DNA from: Dimorphilus gyrociliatus
Taxonomy: Eukaryota > Animalia > Annelida
Length of the DNA stretch: 64,000 nt
Reading direction: 5' to 3'
Assembly: GCA_904063045.1 (NCBI GenBank)
Contig: CAJFCJ010000020.1
Coordinates: 1,232,916-1,296,915, forward strand
Shown here: one piece after another, positions 40,701-49,884 of the stretch
How the letters are laid out: every line of letters begins with the position of its first letter
Numbering within the stretch: position 1 is the first letter of the stretch
Translations under genes and position numbers: made by a program
Notes under the pieces: generated by a model
What the model was told of the DNA's origin: nothing
Database searches by the model: none
What the model saw: the letters and a program-made list of their open reading frames with translations, nothing else

Positions 40701-43700
40701 AATATATATTTTGTTTTCAACTTTAGGTTTGGATTTGGAGAGTATAGCCGCACAAGCCGAAGATATATTTGGCGGAAGGTAGGTTAAATATTATTTAAAA
40801 ATTTACAATAGATTTATAAATAATTAAATGAAAAAAAATAATAATCTATTCGTGTCCAGCAACTACAGAAGGTATTGTAATTATTAAATTATGTTAGGGC
40901 ACATTTTGGCGCACGAACAACTTTTTTTTTTCTTTTTGTTTTTTAAAACATTTTTTTCTCATTATATATATTTTTTAATATATGAAAAATTGAGATTATT
41001 GTTGTTTATTTAGTATTTACATATATAATATACACATATACTGTATATTTATAATGTACTCGATATTAATTATTTTCAATTATATAATTGTTTTTTTTTA
41101 ATTTATATTTACTTTTGAATAAAATAGTGACTACAGTGCGGAATTGGATCTTGATCGACAAGGGGGTAGAATGTTTTTGAGGGTTCTACTCAATTTGGTT
41201 ATGCACAATTACCCACCGTTAGTCTCTGGGGCTCTACAGTTGCTCTTTAGACATTTTTCTCAAAGGCAAGAAGTTCTTTTAGCGTTCGAACAAGTTCAAT
41301 TATTAGTTCAGGCCGACGACGTCGAGAATTATAAAGTTATAAAATCAAATCTTGATCAACTAAGAATTTTGGTTGAGAAATCTGAATTATGGGTATATAA
41401 ATCCAGCAAAAAGAAAAAGAAATCTGATAGTTCGAAGGATGAGAAGAAAAAGGAGAAGAAGAGACCGTTAGATATAATTACACCTACTTTGGGGATGTCT
41501 CATATCGATTTGAATCATGGTCCAAAAATTGATTCTACAGCTGCCGAAAATTATAAGTCAATTCAGGAGATATTAAAGACATTTATAGCCTTATGTTATA
41601 ATGATGCAACAGCAGCCCCTAAAGTATACGAACAGCGTTTGCTAAGGAATATGAACGCTCATGAAGTTGTTTTGGAACTTTTGCAAATACCGTACGAAAA
41701 AAGCGAAGATCATAGAATGATTGAAATTATGCAAAAGGCGCATGAATTTTTACAAAAATTCTGCCTGAGCAATGCCCCAAATCAACAGCTATTATTTGGA
41801 AGTTTAGAGTTATTTTTAACGCCAGGTTTATTGGAAGCTCAAACAGCTAAAGCAATATTTAAAGATAATCCAACTCTATGTAACGAAGTATCGGAGAAGG
41901 TTGTTAATCATTTTGTCCATTGTATTGAAACGAATGGAACTTACGTTGAATATCTACATTTTTTACAAACAATTGTCAAATGTGACAAACAATATATAAG
42001 GAAAGCGCAGACGGCAGTAATGGCAGAGGTTGGTAAATTATTATACTTTTAATAAGACATACTTTAAATTATTATAAATTAGGACTCAGCCTAAAAGAAA
42101 AAGAATAAATTATATTTGTTTTTTTCTTTTTTTAAAATATTAATATCTTTATTAATTCTATAAGATATAAATAATTTATTATTATATTTAACGTTTTTTT
42201 TTTCCTTTTTTTTTGGTTTACTTTCATTTTTTTTTTTGCCTTATAAAATAGATTTCTCGTATAAATTCTCAGGTATTTTCACATAATAATTTTTTTCATT
42301 ATTTCTCTCTCTCTCTCTCTCTCTTATTTCTTTCTTTTTTTTTTCAACAAAATTTCCTAATTTTCTCTTCTTTTTCATTTTTAATACTACGAAAAGAAAT
42401 TAAAAAAAGCCTTAAAAATAATTCATTTTAATAATTACTATAGCTTATATACTTTTTCTTGCTATAGTTTATCATTCGTTCATTTTCTTCTTTCTATCTC
42501 TCCATCTTTTTAACTTGTACAAAAACGCAAAACCATACAATTACAATTTAATTAGCTAAACTAATTCATAAAAATAGAAATAAAATATTTTTTTCTTATG
42601 GAAATTCATCCAAAAAAATCAAAAAAAAAAATCATTAATGAATTTACTAATTACAATTTCATGAATGCTTAAAAACACTCTTATTGCATCTCTGAATTAG
42701 CGCAACGCTGAAGTGATATATAATCGAAAAGCTCAAGATCTAGTTATGGCTTCCGTTAGTACTAATCGTAGAGTATTCGCTTTATTGTTTCGTTTTACAA
42801 AAAAAAACAGAAATTTTTGCACTTGATTATTCTTTTATTTATTATTGTTATAGTTATTTTGTTTTTTTCGTTTCGTTTATGTACGGTATACATTCATTTA
42901 TATATTTATATATATATATATATGTATATATATATTTATATTTATATATGTATATATTTTGTCACTATGTTATTAATGGTTTAGAAATTTGATGGCTTAA
43001 GTCTAGCGAAAGTAGCAAGAATTGACAAAAGTATTAAATATATCGTGTTGCAATTTTGTAGTTTTTTTTTTATATAGCTAAAGAAGATTTGTATTATTTT
43101 CACCACAAAAAAGAAACACATTAGCAATTATTATTTTACTTTACAGACTACACCAAAAAAGGAGTATTTACGTTGAGGGAGGGTAATGTCACTGGGGAAA
43201 TGAGAGGTTTGGGAGAAATTTTAAGCTAGACTTAAGCCTTTTTTTTTTGATTGATTTTAATTCAGGAATTTCTTTTTTTCCCCTTCTCTTTTTAGCTGAT
43301 TAATGTTGGGGAAGATGTATTAGTTTTCTATAATGAACAAAATTTTGGCAAGTTGGTCACGCTGATGGAAGAACAAAAGAATAAACTACTCGATCATAGA
43401 TCACCATTAAATTATCATATTAACTTGGTGAAATTGCTGTCTTGCTGTACAGAGGGGAAGAATGTTTATACCGAAATCAAATGTCAATCTCTTCTTCCTC
43501 TAGAGGATATCGTCAGAGTTGTATGTCACGATACTTGCCTGGTTGCCGTTAAAGAAGCCTATATTAACTTTCTAAATCATTGTTATGTTGACACCGAAAT
43601 GGAAGCAAAAGATATATACAGTTCAAACTATATGTGGCAATTGTTTGAGAATTTCATTGAAGATATGAATAAAGTTTTGAAGATTGCTGCAATGGATTCG

Positions 43701-45188
43701 TCAAAAAAAACCCCGGAAGATATAGAGATGGAAAATTATGTTACATTCACAGTAACAAGCGTCATAACGACGTTCTTTTCGTCGAAATTCGCTGAGCAAG
43801 TTCAAACAAGACAGGGAATATTTGCGCATTTATTAGAGACGGCTTTTGACATATTACAATTACATTTAGGATCTTTGGAACAATCGCAACTAAGTGAAAC
43901 AAAGAAATGTGTTGAATTGTTGTATCAAGTAGGTCTGTATTGTTTTCACCTTCAAAAACTCTCTTTCATTCATTAACTTTAACTAATTATGTTCTTAAAT
44001 ATTAGGCAAAGATAGACATATAGCAGTAAATCCTGACCTTCAAGCTCGTATTGAAAAAACCTTAAAAAAACCAACTAAAGCTATCAAATTAGCAGCAGAT
44101 AAATTTGCAAGAAAGATAAAAAGCAAAATGGAACAAAATTTAAAACTATCTCAGAGTAATCGATCAATTCTGGAAGGTTTACAAGATATTGTTAGTCTAC
44201 TAAGTGATCAACTGAAACCTCTTGTGCAAGCCGAACTTTCAGTCCTAGTAGATGTTTTACATCATCCAGAACTACTGTTTCCCGCTGGTACTGATAGCAG
44301 AAAGAAGTGCGAAAGTGGTGGTTTCATATCCAGGTATAGTATTTACGCCCTTTATTGTTTTCTTAATATATCCTTATTTTGTATAACAGATTAATTAAAC
44401 ACACGGAACAATTGTTGGATGAAAAAGAAGAGAAACTATGTATAAAAGTTCTGCAAACTTTAAAAGATATGATGACAGTTGATATAGACTACGGAGAAAA
44501 GGTAGGATAGATTTATTAGGATAACAATCATAAATAATGATAAAAGCTTAAAATTTCCTTTAAAATAATAATTTTACCTTTTCTTTATACATAATATTTT
44601 TTTTCATCTGACATTAGAATTAAAAATAATAATTTTGCATTTAATTTTGCCCTTTTTTTTACCTTTAACCCTCCAAAAAATAACCTTAAACCTTAAAAAA
44701 GAGTACAGAGGTGCAGTAATTATAGACATCGTCGTATTTTCAATATTTTTATATTTATAGCACGATATGATCACTTGAAATTGAGCATTTTTTTTTCTCT
44801 TACCGTTTATCATAGGCCATCACTGAAGAAACGAGCACGCACAAAGCGGTGAGATGTTGATTATCCAACATATTTTTTTTTTATTATATATTTAACACTT
44901 TTAGAAGTATGGTAAATAGAATAAAAGAAATAGGTTTCCATTATCCTCCCAAATAACCATTCGTTTCTAGGATTAATTTTATTTTTATACTAAATATTTT
45001 TGGTTGAAAGGCAGCTTATTGCAATTTAGTTATTACTTTTTACTTTTGCTTTGTTTGTCTGTTTTTTTTTTTTGCACTGGGTAAAAGTATTTACACCTTA
45101 GATTGATTTGTGGAACAAAATTGGTTGGGAATCTGGTATGCAATTCTCGGAATTAGGGAGACAAAGAGTATGAAAATATGTTGTATTA

Positions 45189-45236
<48 letters not shown>

Positions 45237-48200
45237 TATATATAAATGTATATATATATATACACCTAGTTATCTGTTTGTAACATACTTAACAGTGTAC
45301 TTTATTTTATTTTTCTCTTCCAGAGTAAAAGAATTTGCTTTTTCTTGCTCTCTTTTACTGACGAATGTTTTTTTTTGTTATATTTTATTAGGGTGAAGCT
45401 CTTAGACAGTCTCTCCTTACACGCTATTATGAAGGATTTGGACAGTCGCGTAGAAGGAGTAGTATATCTTTTACTGCAGACAGAATTAAGCCAAATGTCA
45501 TTTCTAGGGCAGAAATGACTCTTCACCATGTCCAGTGCCATTTAGATCGGGAAGGAGCTACTGATCTTGTTGTTGATTTAATTATAAGTGACCATTCCCA
45601 CCGAATCTTCTTAGAAACAATTGAACTTGGAATAGCCTTATTGGAAGGTGGTAATAGAGATATTCAAAAATCCTTATTGAAGAGATTACAAAATGATAAG
45701 AATTCGGAAAAGTTTTTCAAGGTTTTCTTTGATAGAATGCAATTGGCTCAACAAGAAATTAAATCCACTTCTAATGTTGGAACATCCGATGGCCTTGGCG
45801 AACAAAAGGATGAAGAAAAGGATGTCACACAACAAATACACCAGTACAAACAGACGAATGGGAGTATAATGAGCCATAATATGAAAGAGGAAATGAATGA
45901 AGCTGCCGTTAGCACTAGTAAAGCTATTCTTACAGTTAGAAAGCAGAGGCTAGATACCCTAGCTACCGGCAGTCCGGATGAACTTCAAACGGACGATGGT
46001 TTGGATAAAGACAAACACAGGGATGAAAAAAAAATGTCTGCAGATATTCTAGTAATGCAACCAATACTAAGATTTCTGCAGTTGTGTTGTGAAAATCATA
46101 ACTTAGAGCTTCAAAATTTCTTAAGAATTCAAAATAACAAAAATAATTATAACTTAGTTTGTGAATCTTTACAATTTCTTGATTGTATTTGTGGATCTAC
46201 CACTGGAGGATTAGGCCTTTTAGGTTTATATATTAATGAGGAAAATGTTGACTTGATTAATCAAACATTAGAAACCTTAACGGAATATTGTCAAGGTTCT
46301 ATTTCTTTTACTTTATTGATATTTTATTAATAAGATACATTTTTTTTGCAAAATAGGACCATGTCATGAAAACCAAGATGCTATTGCTAGACACGAATCA
46401 AATGGTATTGATATCATAATTGCCTTAATATTAAATGATATAAATCCTCTTGGTAAAAAGAGAATTGATTTGGTATTGAAGTTGAAGGTAGAAATAGCAT
46501 TTTTCTATAAAACGTCAACTAATTATTTTTATTTGTTTTAATACAAATGAATGAAACGATAGAACAACGCGTCCAAATTGTTACTTGCCATAATGGAGAG
46601 TCGTTACGAAGGGGAAAACGCTGAAAGAATACTATATAACATGAGCCCTAAACAATTAGTAAGTAAACAGGTCTCCCATAAATACTTTGTTTCTCCCTTT
46701 TTTGATATGTCAGTATTTAGTTCTCAATTATGGAATATGGTTTTCAAGATTTTGAAAAGGTTACGCATGATATAGAAAACACACGCTTTATCTTACACTT
46801 TTTGCCCCAATAAAAATACAAATATGAGTTTTTTAATTTCAATTTTATATTTTAATGTTTTTTCATCACAAATTATAGGTTGACGTTGCCGTGAAAGCCT
46901 ATAATCAATACGAACAGTTGGAAGAAGAAGATTGTTTAGAAGACGACGACGATGATGATCAAATTAATCCTAGAGATGTTGGTCATAATATTTATATTTT
47001 GGCTCATCAATTAGCCCATCATAATAAAGAGTTGGCAGCTCTCTTAAAGAATCCTGATCCTCCAAATCCGGCTCTAACCTATTACGCAAAGCACACCGGG
47101 CAAATTGAAATTGTAAGGCACGATAGAACTCTGGAACAGATTGTCTTCCCCATACCTGAAATTTGCGAATACCTTACAGCAGAAACAAAAGTAAAACTTT
47201 ATCAAACAGCCGAAAGGGATGATCAAGGTAGTAAGGTAACTGACTTTTTTGAGAGACATACAACTTTGTTTGATGAAATGAAATGGCAAAAGAAATTACG
47301 TTCAAATCCAGTATTATTTTGGGTATCTTCCCATATGAGACTTTGGAGTGGAATAAGTTTCAACTTGGCCATACTCTGCAACTTAATTGTAGCCCTGTTT
47401 TATCCCTTCTCTTCTGGACCAGGAACTTTAGATAGAAGATTATCGGGTCTGATATGGATGGCTATGATTGTGTCATTGGTTGTCGTTATAAGTACATCAA
47501 AAACTATTGGTTATCGGACATTGGTTGCTTCTGTAATATTACGGCTTATATTTTCGATTGGTCTTTCGACAACTTTATTAATAATTGGTTCCTTACACGT
47601 TCTGAATAGTACTATATTTATGATTGCTCTGATGGGTAATAGTGGAACATTTACGAAAAGTTTCAGAGAAATATTAACCGACTTCGAGTTTGTCTACCAT
47701 ATCGGCTATATAAGCATTTCACTTAGTGGAACTTTCTTTCATCCTTTCTTCTTTTCACTCCTCTTGCTAGATGTTGTATATCGTGAAGAGACGCTAGTAA
47801 ATGTCATAAGGAGTGTTACAAAAAATGGTCGCTCTATCCTCTTGACAGCAGTACTTGCTGTTATTCTGATATATTTGTTCTCGATAATCGGCTTTATATT
47901 CTTCCAAGATGATTTCCTTATGGAGGTTGCTCCCCTGGAGCCGATCGTAAACACTGACTTGGTTAAAAATGCTGCTAAAATGGCGACGAACCTCGGGCAA
48001 ACTGAAAGTTGCTCGTCTGAGAAAGAGTGTAATATGACATCGACAGAAGCAAGCTTATACGGAGTCGAAGATGATAGCGAAGTTCGAGAAAGGCATTGCG
48101 ATTCGTTGATTATGTGTATTGTAACCACTCTAAACGAAGGTTTACGTAACGGGGGCGGCATTGGTGACATTTTAAGAAAACCTAGTCAAAAGGTACGTTC

Positions 48201-49620
48201 TATTAAACATTTAAAGCTACGCTCCTTAAACAATAACGTTTATTTACCATGCCTAATATATTTTTATTTATATTATATTTAACTAATTCATACTAATCGG
48301 AATATTAAAAATTTTGGAAACGGTTTTAGGAACCTCTCTTTATAGCTCGTATTATTTATGATCTCCTCTTCTTCTTCATCGTCATTATTATCGTTCTAAA
48401 TTTGATTTTTGGAGTTATCATCGATACGTTTGCCGACTTAAGAAGTGAAAAGCAAAATAAAGAAGAAATATTAAAGAATACATGCTTCGTTTGCGGTTAT
48501 TATTAAGATATCGTCGTATTCTGCACGGATAATTCTTTTGTTTAGCTGTTTTATCCGTTTTAAAAAGCAATCATAGTCAATAGATTGTCATTAGATCTAC
48601 TTTATGTAGTTCAAACGTTAACCTTTTTTAATGGCAATAATTGAGAGTTTTTCTACCTTTTTTTTAAAAAAAAAAGGATGTACTTACCCAGCCACGCATC
48701 TATTCTACTCACCTAAACGATTGTCTACTTTCATTAATCTTGTTTTTTTTTGGTTTTTGAATGTTGTATTATTTTAGGAATCCCTCTTCATATTCCGAGT
48801 TATCTACGATCTTCTCTTCTATTTTATATTAATCATCATCGTTCTCAACCTTATCTTTGGAGTGATCATCGATACGTTTGCCGATTTGAGAACAGAGAAG
48901 CAGAATAAAGAAGAAATTCTTAAGAATACTTGTTTTATTTGTGGTTTGTTTTAGTTTGTAGTAATTTTTTTTTGCTTGTAGTTAATTTATTGTTGTGTAA
49001 ATTAATAATTATTAAAGAAAGAACACATTCCTTTGTAACCCTCTTATAATAATTTTTTCTCTTTTAAGGAAATCGTTAAGCAATTATTTTTTTAAGCGGA
49101 TATCCTTTTGGTTTTTATTCATTTAACAGGTTTGGATCGTTCATCATTCGATAATAAGTCGATTTCTTTCGAGGAACATTGTAAATCGGAACATAACATG
49201 TGGCACTATTTGTACTTCATTGTTTTGATTAAAGTAAAAGATCCAACCGAGTATACTGGACCAGAGAGTTTTGTGCACTCTATGATAGCCGAAAAGAATC
49301 TAGATTGGTTTCCACGCATGCGTGCCATGTCATTAGCGGCAGATGAAGGTGAATCAGAGCAAAATGAGTTGAGAAATTTACAAACAGCATTGGACGACAC
49401 TAAAGATTTAGTAAAACAGCTTTGCTCTCAACTGAACGAACTGAAAGATCAGGTAAGATGATTTTCTTTTGAAAAAGTTGTAAAAGTTAATATATAATTT
49501 ACTGATTGATTAATTGAATAGATGATGGAACAAAGAAAGCAGAAGCAGAGGTTTAATCTTATGCAGCCATCAATGAATCCTCTTTTGCCTACCCCAAACA
49601 CTTTAGATAACGCGCAATAA
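34799..49620 (+). CDS. ITPR: Inositol 1,4,5-trisphosphate receptor, about 27 constitutive exon positions plus multiple alternative exons
   Basis: [21 protein letters not shown] start; FLRTTGR and QSYRKNQE ligand motifs; RIH domains; [10 protein letters not shown] selectivity filter; [14 protein letters not shown] gate helix; TCF[VI]CG...HCKSEHNMW zinc finger; TAA at 49618-49620. Confidence 0.98.
36761..36875 (+). other. ITPR mutually exclusive exon 1A (115 nt): [39 protein letters not shown]
   Basis: TTTCAG acceptor, AAG|GTTATT donor, phase 2 to 0 like 1B; homologous VRLRH...WVHST. Confidence 0.85.
37095..37194 (+). other. ITPR mutually exclusive exon 1B (100 nt): [34 protein letters not shown]
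   Basis: ACGCAG acceptor, AAG|GTAGTA donor; canonical IP3R sequence. Confidence 0.93.
39596..39686 (+). other. ITPR mutually exclusive exon 2A (91 nt): [30 protein letters not shown]
   Basis: GACAG acceptor, G|GTTAAA donor, phase 0 to 1. Confidence 0.85.
39992..40070 (+). other. ITPR mutually exclusive exon 2B (79 nt): [26 protein letters not shown]
   Basis: CTACAG acceptor, G|GTGAGA donor, phase 0 to 1. Confidence 0.88.
42701..42754 (+). other. ITPR alternative exon 3B (54 nt): [18 protein letters not shown]
   Basis: AATTAG acceptor, GTTAGT donor; homologous to and the same length as the last 54 nt (41975-42028) of the upstream exon. Confidence 0.7.
44816..44848 (+). other. ITPR 33-nt cassette microexon [11 protein letters not shown] at the SII-equivalent position
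   Basis: Polypyrimidine...CATAG acceptor, GCG|GTGAGA donor, in frame phase 0, between DYGEK and GEALRQ. Confidence 0.75.
45195..45233. repeat. (TA)n microsatellite in an ITPR intron
   Basis: About 19 TA units. Confidence 0.95.
48330..48495 (+). other. ITPR mutually exclusive pore exon 4A (166 nt): [55 protein letters not shown]
   Basis: TTTTAG acceptor, G|GTTATT donor, phase 0 to 1. Confidence 0.93.
48778..48943 (+). other. ITPR mutually exclusive pore exon 4B (166 nt): [55 protein letters not shown]
   Basis: TTTTAG acceptor, G|GTTTGT donor, same length and phase as 4A. Confidence 0.93.
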
Positions 49621-49884
49621 TGTAGTATCTGGTGCTCTTTTTATTCCTGTTAGAAATCGAAGAATGATAAATTTTTGGAAAAAAGATGATTCTAATGAAA
49701 AAAATGTAAATGTATCTTTTTTGGGAAAAAGGGATTTTCAAAATGCTGTAATACAATTATAAAATCTAATAATTTTGTTTCATTACATTTATTTGTGAGA
49801 CAGGTAAGTTCTACGGATCGGACGCCAAAGCAATAAAATTCTACTAATACCCAATGTTCATATGTGTCCCTTAATTGTTTCCTT

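Noticed and set aside
46659-46815. Intron read-through with AATAAA giving a soluble truncated IP3R
   Set aside because: AATAAA is very frequent in this AT-rich DNA; no other support.
48330-48943. Duplicated ITPR exons as an assembly or haplotype artefact
   Set aside because: The copies differ at many synonymous sites and their flanking introns are unrelated, which does not fit mis-assembled alleles.
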